Shown here in pieces: positions 23,627 to 35,048 of a DNA stretch of 64,000 nucleotides. This DNA is from Perkinsus chesapeaki ATCC PRA-425 (Eukaryota > Protista > Perkinsozoa), in the NCBI GenBank assembly GCA_013115145.1, contig JAAPAO010000019.1, forward strand, positions 62,001 through 126,000, written 5' to 3'. The translations under genes were made by a program, and so were the position numbers. Under the pieces are notes generated by a model that did no database searches, was not told the origin of the DNA, and saw only the letters and a program-made list of their open reading frames with translations. Each line of letters opens with the position of its first letter. Position 1 is the stretch's first letter.

Positions 23627-25669
23627 ATGACTATCGACTGGACTTCATTGGGTATCTCGGTGCTCCTCGGGCTCGTCCTTATTCTGATTCTTCATAAAGT
23701 TGCTAATGCACGCTTTGCCTCCTACAAGGAACGTCTCAACAAGGACCGCATGACGGCCATGGCGGGTTGGCTTAAGGCCATGGCTTCGCGGGACCGTCCG
23801 CCCAGCAACCATCGGTGGCGGGCCATCTTCTCTTGGGAGTCCCCGAAGGTCTGTGATATCTGTGGTAAAAATATTTATGTGGCGGGCGAGACATGGCAGC
23901 GGAAAGCCTTGGCAACGCTGTTGGTGCCGTCGAGGGCAGAGCGACAACAACAAGGATGCGAGTGTGTCATCTGCGGACAAGTGGCGCACTTCTACTGCTC
24001 GCATCGACACGCCCATCGCATACCGTGTCGCTGGGATTTCACCGACTATCCTCCGAATCACCGTTGGTTGAAGGGCAACTTGCCGACCGATGGGCCAAAT
24101 TGCCAGGTCTGCTATAAGCCCTGTAACCCCGAGGAAGACTACAGATGCATATTATGCCGACGATTCGTGCATGCTGGGAAGTGTCGTGAAGAAATGGGAC
24201 AGAAATGCGACCTTGGTCCCCTGGGATTCGCCTGTCTCAAACCTGCCTGCTTTGTCGACCTCGCTTCAACCAACCCACGGCCTCGGACACAAAGCGACAT
24301 CGATGGCACGTTGAGCCCTCGGGCCTCTACGGAGTGTTCGACGCCCTTACTAGAGGATTTGGAGGCTTCGGAGCGGCCTAAGAGAGAGCGGTGGTCGATC
24401 AGCCGGATGAGCTTGGGCCTATATAAGCTTTTGGCGACCCTGAGGGGGGAGAAGAAATCGCCGACCTCACCGAAGGCTGTGGCAGCGCCGAAGGTCGCCG
24501 AGCCTCCTCCGGTGGTGACACCTTCCTTCATAGTGTCTGCTGAGGGTTGTGATGCCTGTGGCACAACCGATCCGGTATTGTGCTTCATTAACCCTAAGAG
24601 CGGTGGGTTGCAGGGAAGGAAGGTGAGAGATCAGCTCTATGGCACGTTGCATCCTCGCCAAGTGGTCGATCTAACCAAGCCAGGTCAGCCTCGATCGGCG
24701 CTGCTTGCCTTCAGCCCCATAGCTACACGTCTTAGAGTCCTGGTGTGCGGCGGTGATGGCACTGTTGGTTGGATACTTGGAGAAATCAATTCGGCGTATG
24801 GACCTGATGAATTCAGGAAGATACCGGTATCGATAATGCCTATGGGCACTGGCAATGACTTGGCTGCCATCCTCGGTTGTGGGAGAGAGATCGACCTGTC
24901 GGAGGTGTCCATGCGAACGGCTATGGCAGCCCGACCGAACGGCCACCTGCAAAGGCTCGATCGGTGGAACATTAAGTTTGATTATTATCGCCCACACAAC
25001 AAAATTAGACGCTCCATGTCGGCCCCTCGATTGTATGGCGAGTTCATTGAAGACGAGGACTACACTGCTGGCTTGGACACGGAGTTGCAGGTTCTATCCC
25101 CGGAGACAGAAACTAAGGTTATTATTAATTATCTTGACATCGGTGCGGCTGCCAGAATCGCTGGTCAATTCCATCACCACCGAGAGACCTTCCCAGAGCT
25201 CTTCACCACGCGCTTTGAGAACAAGGTTCGCTACGGCGAGCTCGGCTTTGCGGACTTCCTCGCCGAGGAGCCCGTCTCGCTCCGAGACGTCACGGTCACT
25301 TGCGACGGCATCCCTGTGCAACTGCCGTGTAATGGTGACTTGGCCGATATTATAATAGTGAATATTCCCAGTTTTGCTGGAGCTGTAGATCTATGGGGCA
25401 CTACGAGCCCTCGGTCCCACGGATACAAAAAGCAAAAAGTCGACGACGGCATCATCGAAGTGGTCGCGGTGAGCTCGTTGTTCCACCTCGGGAAGGTCCA
25501 AGTTGGTCTGTCATCGCCTTATGCAGTTTGCCAGGGCCGTGAGATAACTGTGGCTCTCTCAACTGGGGCTCGACTCCCCGCCCAGCTCGATGGTGAGCCT
25601 TACACTTTACTTGGTCCTTGCGAACTTACTGTATCACTTAAAGATGATGCTTTGATGGTTAAACGATAA
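23627..25669 (+). CDS. Diacylglycerol kinase (N-terminal TM, two C1 domains, DAGKc and DAGKa), 680 aa, intronless
   Basis: LCFINPKSGG, LVCGGDGTVGWI, PMGTGNDLA, INYLDIG, NIPSFAG, DDGIIEVV, QLDGEP. C1 motifs H..CDIC..CVIC..H.YC..C and H..CQVC..CILC..H..C..C. Confidence 0.93.
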   Translation: MTIDWTSLGISVLLGLVLILILHKVANARFASYKERLNKDRMTAMAGWLKAMASRDRPPSNHRWRAIFSWESPKVCDICGKNIYVAGETWQRKALATLLVPSRAERQQQGCECVICGQVAHFYCSHRHAHRIPCRWDFTDYPPNHRWLKGNLPTDGPNCQVCYKPCNPEEDYRCILCRRFVHAGKCREEMGQKCDLGPLGFACLKPACFVDLASTNPRPRTQSDIDGTLSPRASTECSTPLLEDLEASERPKRERWSISRMSLGLYKLLATLRGEKKSPTSPKAVAAPKVAEPPPVVTPSFIVSAEGCDACGTTDPVLCFINPKSGGLQGRKVRDQLYGTLHPRQVVDLTKPGQPRSALLAFSPIATRLRVLVCGGDGTVGWILGEINSAYGPDEFRKIPVSIMPMGTGNDLAAILGCGREIDLSEVSMRTAMAARPNGHLQRLDRWNIKFDYYRPHNKIRRSMSAPRLYGEFIEDEDYTAGLDTELQVLSPETETKVIINYLDIGAAARIAGQFHHHRETFPELFTTRFENKVRYGELGFADFLAEEPVSLRDVTVTCDGIPVQLPCNGDLADIIIVNIPSFAGAVDLWGTTSPRSHGYKKQKVDDGIIEVVAVSSLFHLGKVQVGLSSPYAVCQGREITVALSTGARLPAQLDGEPYTLLGPCELTVSLKDDALMVKR

Positions 25670-26419
25670 TAGTGATCATTTTGACTGTTTAGTGACAATA
25701 TAACATTTTACACCCGTGTTGACTGTCGACTGGTCTTTGGGTTTGTTATTCAAGGGTGAGGGCATTTCTGATAATTAAATAGAGGATACGTGAGCTAGTA
25801 GAGCTTTCCTTTTCGACGTCCGTCTTAATTCTGTAAACGATAGTAAACTCTTCTTCTTGGTTTATCTTCCCTTTCGATTCTTTCCTATACGATATCTCTG
25901 CAAAGGATATCTTACTATCTATTAAACAAGGGATTTCAGTTTCCAGATCCCTTCGTAACTGCCTGTTCGATGAGTTGCCCAGCGCTGGTTCGATAACATT
26001 TCCCTCGCTTGTTTAAGACGGTATCGTGGTCACTGTGGCTTGATGTGTGCTGGTAGGACAGTTGGAGGAATGTTCTTTGGAATTGTGTGGGTGGCGAGTT
26101 AACCTTTGTGGAATCTTCGCACTACATTGCGGCGCATGTTCATCGCCGAGCGCGTATCTTTTTGCACGCGTGCGCACCACTTTGAGTTTGACGTGAGCGT
26201 TTCTACACAAATCCCATTTATCTTAATATGAATCACATCGATAACTTTAAAGGCTCTACCGGGGGCATCAGTGAGGAACCCAACCGCTCGACCTTCATTT
26301 TTAAATCAACCAGCGGTCGTCAGCTTGCCACAGAGCCGGAGCGCCGCCCGAGTACCCCTCCGAGCCCGGGCGGGCCTTTTGGTGAGACTCTTCGGCGGTA
26401 GTGGTCCTATTGATCCCTT

Positions 26420-28032
26420 ATGGGATTAGGTCACTACCTGCTAGACGACTCTGGTGCCGTCGGAGCCTTCCTCAGCACATCAACGGACACTGACAGTGGC
26501 GGAGGAGGCGGCGGCCATATCGGGTGTATCTATTCCGGACAATTAGATGACGAATCCTACATTGTGAGGCAAACTCGCCTTTTACCTCCGTCCATTTTCG
26601 TTTTCAGGCTGCTGGATCGTCCCCGCCACCACCGCTCTACGCTGCATCCTCGTTCCCGTCGCTTCCGATGCCTTTGAACCTCATCGAAGCTCTGGTGGAT
26701 ATCGGCATTCAAGAAGCAGGATCCCCACTGCCGAGCAGAGCCAGCCTTGAGTTGTTATCAAATGCGGCCTTGATCGCTGCTAGAGCCTCGGTTAACGAGG
26801 GGGTCGCCGCTGCCAGTCAGGAATGCGCCACTAGAGCGCTGACTCGTATGTTGGAGAGATTCGCCATTATCTGGGAGGACTACTGCAAGGAGCTCGAGGC
26901 TGCTGGCATTGGGGCTGGTGGACTTGAACATCTCTCCTCTTCAACAACAACGACGACAACCTCGCCGACTAAGGATAATTATTATTATGACTCCAATGGA
27001 TTCGACTCCACCACTCTTGGCCCACTGACGGCCACCACCGCCGAGCCACCTACTCCTGAAGGCTCTCCGCAAGGCACCACACCCGAGACGGTTTTGAGAA
27101 GGCCCTCTGGATTCTCGAGAAGCTCCTCTATGTCGAATAACAGCCTGTCTGGCCCTGGTGGTTCGCCCACAGCGACCGCTGCTGCCGTTCCCGTCAATGG
27201 TGCGACACCCTTCAACACCCTTCCCCAGCATTTGGTCGATCCTAAAGATTGGTGTACTGTGATTCTGAGAAACATTCCTAATAAGTATGATGAGGTTATG
27301 CTGCTAGAACAATTCTTAGCGGCAGGCTTTTCCAGCGACACTGATATCCGTTATGTGTATACGCCAAAGGACGCCACCAACAACTGCAATCTTGGCTATG
27401 CTTTCGTCGACCTCGTCAGCCATGATGTCGCGGTTAAGTTCACTTCGGTCTATGAGGGCTTCCGTTTGCCGAGTTCGAAGTCGAGGAAGGTGTGCAGTGC
27501 AAGTTGGGCAAAGATGCAATCGGTTCCGGCGACTATGCAGGGTAACCAGAGTAATCGAGTTGGTGCTATGTCGACTGCTGGTAGAAGGGACAGCAGGTTC
27601 CTCTCTGGCCACAGTGGTAGGAAGGGATCTATCTCCGCGGCGACCCCTAGGAGATACGCTAAGAGAGCTGATGCCTCTCCACCAGGGTTCACCACTGATA
27701 GGACCGGTGTAGACAGCGATGCAGTCATCCTTTTGGTTGGTATTACATGCTCGCGAGGAAAGTTGACGGAGACTCTGTCGTCGAGGTTCGGGCAAGTTGC
27801 TTCGGTTGACGGAAGTGGTCGCTATTGCCGTGTGGCGTTCAGTAGCACTGCTGGCGCTCGTCGAGCCAAGGATGCTATTCTTTCTGGTGCGGTTACGATC
27901 GATGGACAAATCTTAAAGCTCGGTGAAGGAGTATCTTTTGATAAGGGAAATCTTGGAGAGTTTGAGGATGACAACAATGACGATCTTGATCAGTTCAATG
28001 TGGGACCGTTAGACGATTATTTAACTCAGTGA
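26420..28032 (+). CDS. Mei2-like RNA-binding protein (Mei2 C-terminal-type RRM plus a degenerate second RRM), 2 exons, 522 aa
   Basis: TVILRNIPNKY...YVYTPKD..NNCNLGYAFVDL...KSRKVCSASWAKMQ. A 44-nt intron (26564-26607, GTGAGG..TTTCAG) joins the 26420 ORF in frame to the 26668 ORF. Confidence 0.85.
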
Positions 28033-28513
28033 TAGTTGGTGAATTCAGAAGGAGCTGCTGCTGTTGCTTAATGAGTATTGGTGCTTGGCTTAACCTCTAT
28101 TGTATCTTTCCCCATTCACAGTGCTGTTGGACGACTGTCCCTATTTCTGTGAAGTCCTGTAGTAGGTAAATAGATTCACCCCGTGTGTTGTTGCTGATGA
28201 TGCTGGTATCACGACACCAGCACTCAAAGTTGCCTGCGGTTGTCGTCATCATAATTTCATCAAGTCGATCATATAAGTCTGCTCTATCTGGCTATTTCTT
28301 TTCCGGTAAATTGGTAGCCACTTCGACTGCCATCATTAATTTGGTCGTTCTAATATGATCCTCTGTTATTACTGCTCTCCTGCTCCTCCTCTCTAATTTG
28401 ACTATTCTTTATCCTCTATAACCATCATTTCCGCTCTACCATTCCCATGCTGTTCTCGAAGCCTAATAATTTCATTCGTTTGGTGTGGCCCTCTGCAGCC
28501 GCTTCACCGGGCT

Positions 28514-28546
28514 ATCATCATCATCATCATCATTATCATCATCATC
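28514..28546 (+). repeat. (ATC)n microsatellite with one interruption
   Basis: ATCATCATCATCATCATCATTATCATCATCATC. Confidence 0.9.
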
Positions 28547-29232
28547 GAAAGCGGCAGCAGCAGGGGGAGCCATAATAGTAGTCTTTAATATTCATCATGA
28601 GATCTTGCTGTGGTTATTGAAGTAGTAATGTTTCAAATATTGTTATCAGGTTTTTGACGGGCGTAACTGGATTTGCGTTGTAGTTGGAGTTTCTGCAGCT
28701 GCGAGCAATGATAAAAGTACTTGAAGTACATACTGTCTAGCCCATAACCTCAGGGCTTCCGAATAAGAGTGTAAAGAACGACAGTTGACTGGTGGAAGGA
28801 GTCACATGCGTTCCGAGCAGGAACGTGTTCGAGCAAAATTTGCAAATCACGTGCGCATTAGGAGCATTTTTGGACTCCTAAGCAACAAATTTTAAAGAGG
28901 CTAGATGACTCTGTGAACTGGTGGCCCTCTGCATTTCGAAGGTAGGTGAGCTCGGGCTTCCTTGGTGATTATATAGGGACAATGTAACCTTTCTTACTTA
29001 GTTGGCAGGTCGCCAAGGTTTCTATTTACTTGGTAGCTACTGTCGGCAAGGGATGCAAGAAAGCGGTATTCCTGAACCAGCTAGATGATGGACAAAACTA
29101 AAGGATAAATTTAGGAAGGGCTGTTCGCTGATTCGGGCGTTTAAAAATACGAGTCGTGAATCTTGGTGCGTAGTTGAATCGATAATTATATCAATTGCTG
29201 GTGGTCCGCAATGGGGAGAGACACCTAACACC

Positions 29233-32200
29233 ATGGTGAACATATCCATCATCATTCCGACCTGTTCTTTCTTTAATTCGGATGGACAAGCTGGATTTCA
29301 ATACTTGTTACAATGGTGTGATTACCGATCCACACGCATTGTGTTAGTAACCTTAAGGTTCAACATCCACTGCAAAGGCCGCCGCGAGGCCGCCGGTGTG
29401 TCTCAGACAAGATTGATCCTTCACACCTTCCTGTGGGGTTCGGCTCCATTGCCGACACTACCGCTCTCAGTAAACGATACCTGAGGCTCGATGATGGTCA
29501 TGCAAGCATGACCAGGAGGTTGGCTCTACCAAAAATCCAGGAGGCTGAGAGAACGCATCTTGAAGTGGTTCTATAGTTTTTAATGATTTTCATGTCAACA
29601 TATGCGATAGTCTTATTGACGAACTTTGCTCTCATTTCATCCACAGGGGACAGTATAAACGATACCCAATCCCCGTGGGTAGGTGATGCCAATGATGTAA
29701 GCCCATTTAGTTATGAAGATATGTCTCCGCCTTGCTCTGAAATGGTTGTATACTGAACGAGCCCGGTTGAGTTCGGCCGGTGCGAAATATCGCAAGCTCT
29801 ACGCAGCGCATCGGAGCTTTCTTCATGTTTCCATAAGCTGCCTTCATCAGATATGCATACCCCTCGGTCCGTCTGTCTCAGTGGAGTTTTCTAATATCGC
29901 CTCCAGAGCCACGCAGTTGGCCTTTGGAGATATAGCACATCTTGGCAGATGCCCTTTCCTTTCGAGGGAGTGTCGACACTTTACCGAGGTCGGCTCTTGT
30001 TTGATTTAGCGCTTCTTAGCAGCATCCCTTACCTTAGTGGCTTCTCGAGAACACCTATCACCGGCAGAAGGCAGTAAAGGAGATGATGGCTCATGCTTAT
30101 GGACAGTACGAGGCTAAAGGCTTTGCCACTGATGAGATGGACACTCTAGAAGGCCATGGTATGACTACCCTACCAGCTTCGGTACTTCCTATGGTTCGTG
30201 GTAGGTACCGACAATTGGGGTGGGTTCAGTCTAACGATGGTGGATGCAATGGATACATTAGCTTTGATGGGCATGTTGCCCGAATATGAGCGAGCAATTG
30301 ACTGGCTGTATGAGCATTATAGAACAGCACATGCGAAGAGTCATTGGGTGAATACCTTTGAATCTGCTATACGAATACTTGGCGGGTAAGAGGCAAACGG
30401 AGTGGATATCGAAGCAACAACTTTTTCACAGCGTCATTCAATATATAAATACAGTCTTCTTGAGGTTGTACGAATCATAGTGGAGATTCGTACTGCATTA
30501 GGAATTGTTAAGTTTCGCTCTCCGACACGGGAGATAACTTCTGGAGTAGGATTAGAGCGCATATACTATGGTTGCCAATCCTTAGAAAATGTATATAGTT
30601 CGTTATTAACATTTCTACAAGCTGGATGTGTCATAATTGTACTCGGTCGACACTATGGGCGCCGCACCGATTTATTTCTGGTACCGCAATGGGAAGATTT
30701 TCGTTAACAAAGCTCCGAGATCCGTTTCATAATGAGAGTTCCTGGTAGGAACTTACTTTATTCTTTTGTCATTCAAAGAGCAGGATTTATCCTTGGTTCG
30801 ATCTCGCCAGCTAGCTTTTCTTCAGGTACCTCGGTGCGTGGACGCTTAGTCCTCCAGATTCTCCTCATCGAGCAAAGCTATCGGAGATGGCAGAGGATAT
30901 CGGGTTGAGGCTTATAAAGGCGTTCTATCCCCACACGGGAGAGACCAAGCCTCATTTACCATATTCAGATATTAATCTGGCATCTGGTGAGTATGGCGGC
31001 CTCTCCGCGTGTAAACGGTGTTAGTCCGTCAATCGGTCGAATGGTCTTTAATAATACATCTATACTGGAGTCGATGCAAAGGGATGAGTTCAGCATGCCT
31101 TGGTCGACCATAAGCGAATTACAATAATACGTTTATGTATTACTTCGTCTATTACTCGATATGGAGGCATTGTCTGTACGTTACAGCATGTCCCTAGAAG
31201 TGACTCGAATAGCCAAAGCTAATAGTTTCAGGAGCGCTTAGTGAATCGCACTAGGCAACCTATTATCAGAATACGTTGTGGTGACAAAAACTCAACGGTG
31301 AGACGGCGAGGGGCTGGGCAGATTTTCTCGTATCGGAACTGCGTATTGACTTGATGGCATTTTCATGCTGAATCTCCATCGATGGCAGCCTATATGTTCC
31401 AGGTGAAACAGCCCTACTAGGGGGATCAGTGAGTCTTTCCGAGGCTAATATTGGCCTGGATTTGCTGGCCGCTTCAATGGTCACAGGGAATCCTGTTTTT
31501 GCTCAAGCCGCGGCGAATGTAAGTGTGTGCGGTTGGAGAGGCTTTTTCTCGGCAGAAAAGTATCACACTAACTTCCTCGTTACCCTTTGAATCACTACTG
31601 CCATTCAGCTGCGAATAGCGTCTGCAATGTTCCGGAGCTTCGTAGCCCGTCATAGCCGATATCGCTGGGTGTCATTTGGCAGCAGGTCCAAACGATACTG
31701 CGAGAGAGCTATGGTCACATCGAGAGAGGGCTTTTACCAGTTCGGCTTCCTCTCATTCCGGAGGGCAACGATGACCATATTAAGCAGGGCGATAATAAGA
31801 TTGGTCTCGGAGCTCGGGGTGACTCTCATTATGAGTAAGTTGCGGTATGAGACGATCTACGAGGAGGATGAAAGGTGGAATAGCAAGACATTCAGCACGT
31901 ATCAAAGCCTTAGTCAGCCATGTTCCCGAGGATCTTGCCGGAAACCTGGACGACTCGGTCAATAAATGGGAGATGGATATATCCTCGACATCTCACACTC
32001 TTGATGATGATGCTTCAGAGCAGAACTCAGTGGTGCGGTGACGTGCGCAAAATAGCCCACAAAATTGATGTTCCTATTGGGAAAGGCTTGAAGCAGAAAT
32101 GTGACATTTCAAATGTCTTCTTTTTGTTATCAAGCGATATTAGTTGTTCCATAAGGTACTTGCTAAAGCAGTGGATCCTTGGGGGCAAGAAGGATAATTC

Positions 32201-33634
32201 ATTACTGAGAAGTTGGCAGATCAGTCTATATAAGATATATCATAACATGAACGCTCACGTTGAAACTGATGGTATAGGGAGAGACTATATAGCAGAGTAA
32301 CGGGGGATAGGACGCAGGTTCAATCCCCTGCACGGGTACTCTTTCATTGTCAGTTTTGGCTTGATGAAGTCTGATCCCAAGATGGACCATTTAACTTGTT
32401 TTCTACCAGGCAGCTTGGCTCTGGATTACATAGTGCGTAGCGGTGATGATGGGTAAGTCTCTCGCCGCATACATATTCAAATGTTGTTCCAACGATAAGC
32501 TCCGAATCAACGCTCTCCTGTTCGTAATAGCTTCCCTGTTGGGATCAATGCAGTTTGCCAAAACATATCGTTGTATTTTTAAATCGCTTCGATTGATAGA
32601 GACTCTACCTTAGCGATCTCCTCGCCAGTTTAAATCCACCAGAATTGCTGGAGAAGAAGAGGAGGGTTTTATCGCGAACATCATTTGAAGATGTTCTCCT
32701 ATCGTCTGGTGGGGTACTCAGTCTCGAGGAAGAGCTTGATTGGGCCAGGAACCTAACTGCAGCATGCATCGACATGTACGCTCTCAGGCTTTTAGCTAAT
32801 TACTGGAAGTTGTTAGGTATTATCGTATTGAGCAGACCGGTTTAGCTCCCGAAATTACGAGGTTTGATGCCCATGGAGCAGTGGATGACCTGGGGTCGAT
32901 GCATAATCTACTCAGACCGGAAACCATTGAAGCGTTGTGGTACATGTGGAGGGCCACTGGAGATTGGTAGTCATACTTGAATCAGATTCTTTTGAGTCAT
33001 CGACTACTTGACTTATAGCGTATTCACGTGGGCAAGCTCAATTCCGACGGATATGCAGAATTGCAGAATACGAACATTCTAGTCGGGATGCTGTACAGTA
33101 TCATCCTTACATGGGATTCTCGTCTATTGAATCATCGAATATCACAGTTTCACCTTTTCAAGTTTACAGCGAGTCTCCTGATATGATTGGCTTACTGTGT
33201 AGGTATTACAGGGAAGCTGGTTGGCGAATAGCCAAGGCGTTTGAGAAACATGCCCGTACAGCTTATGGTTACTCGTCACTGCGAAACGTTAGATCCCATG
33301 GAAGCTACACTGGAGGGCAGCCGAGCTACTTTTTTTCTGGTAATAATAATTAAGGCATTTATGCTATTCCATTCGCTTTACTTAATGGCTTGCGCCGTAC
33401 TTGAGCATACAATCTTGCGGATGCATCCTTCGTTTACTAAAGAGCACACGAGCTCTGTTGGCAGTAAAAATCTTCGTCACTATTTCAGAAACCCTTAAGT
33501 ACCTCTACCTACTCTTTTCACCGGATATGCTCGCAGTTAGAGTTACACCTGGAGTCATCGATGGTGTTATGCTGCCCCATGATGTATACGTACTTAATAC
33601 TGAAGGCCACCCATATGGAATAGATGGCTCATGA
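29233..33634 (+). CDS. Class I alpha-1,2-mannosidase (GH47), multi-exon; 5' end approximate (firm from ~30070)
   Basis: TMVDAMDTLALMG, VNTFESAIRILGG|YLGAW, IGLGARGDSHYE|YLLKQW, KMDHLTCFLPGSLAL, TGLAPEI, LLRPETIEALWYMWRATG, QPSYFFSETLKYLYLLFS, VLNTEGHP. Confidence 0.88.
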
Positions 33635-33676
33635 GACCTGCACTACTACTGCAAGCGGCTACAATGTTTCGAGGCT

Positions 33677-34705
33677 TCAGCCGTTTCCTTTGATGAGTTT
33701 CGTGGTTCGTAAATTTGCCGGATTATAGACACCTGATGAGGCCTCGGAGCTTCGTATTGCGAAAAAACGCTTAGTTTCAACTGAGAAGGCTTCAGAAAAT
33801 GTATGCTTTTCAAGCCGAAAGCCTGTCACCTTCCCCTTGGTGTGTTTTTCAAGTGGCGAATTTGAACTTGTGGCCAACAGGCCCGAAGTAGTCCTTTGTA
33901 GCTAGTTGTTCATTGTAGTTAGTTGATGTAGGACTAGAGGCTCAGATGCGTTAACACAGCAGGAGGGACCTTGAAGGATAGTCAGCTTGCGCTAAAGATA
34001 GTAGTGATAACCAAGAACATACCAAGGGCAGGCGATAACCAACCGCGCCGGTCGCTTAGGTATACTGTAGATTATTATAGCACGCATGGACATAGACTGT
34101 GCACAATCCTACCACATAACAGCTCATAAACTGATATTTATAGTAAGTCTTCTGGCCGCGTTCAACGTTCAAATCTCTGTAATATCTTGTTATCTTGTAC
34201 ATTGCGCCGACGCCCATAGCTTGATCGATTGTAGCACGGTTGGGCTGTTATAGCAGATATACTGTATAAGAGCAGCATTACTACTTGCCCCTTGTCGCTG
34301 TTGATGTTTGCACAATATTCCGTTGTGATCCAGTAGACAAAATCTCCTTATCTATAGCTAACGCAATGTTCTGTCTCCTCCTTAATGTTCTATGTCCCTA
34401 GAGTGGATATAATAATTACCATATTCAATTACCTTATTGAGTTAACCTATGGGTGGTCACGAAGATAGTGAACACCATCAACATCGCGTTACTGGTATGG
34501 ACGGGTCCCCAACAGGGAGTATGCCTGTGACAAGAGAAGCACCGGCAATTTCAACCTCGAGGCGGCCGCCTAGGTGCTGCCGCGTGCTACAACTATGGGC
34601 ACTGCCCCAGATGTGCCCATCTGTGACAGATATAGAGTAACATAAGACGGAAGTAATATTAAAGATGGACAAAGTTAAAACAGCCCAGTGAAGTCGCTCC
34701 ATCAA
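33677..34705 (-). CDS. Hypothetical spliced protein (boundaries approximate)
   Basis: Several short protein-like frames (ISVTDGHIWGS..GGRLEVEIAG, DFVYWITTEYCANINSDKGQ, VTGFRLEKHTFSEAF) separated by GT-AG segments; no family recognised. Confidence 0.3.
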
Positions 34706-35048
34706 TTCAGCTCCACTGGGGTAGAATTAATGGAAAAACACTCTTGCAGATTTCCAAACTTAACCTCGAGGAGCTAAATTGGTTAAAATGTTATTTGCGA
34801 AAAACTGAGTTGCAGAAAACGTAGTGAGGAAGAGAGGAATCATTCCAAAGACGAATCTGACAGTAACGTAATACAAAAACACCTCCATTCCACTGTGCTC
34901 TATGTGTGAGGCCTGTCAGAGTCCATGACGACCGTGTGAGTCGCGCGGTGTGACACCTTCGCACGCATGAACCGTGTCGGACAGACGACAGTGAACTACT
35001 ACCGCTGCGTGTTGAATCTTACGACTTTGCAATATTGTACCAGGAAAG

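Noticed and set aside
23645-25455. Multiple alternative-frame and antisense ORFs within the DGK gene, and likewise within the Mei2-like and oxygenase genes
   Set aside because: Expected shadows of long GC-balanced coding sequence; no motifs.
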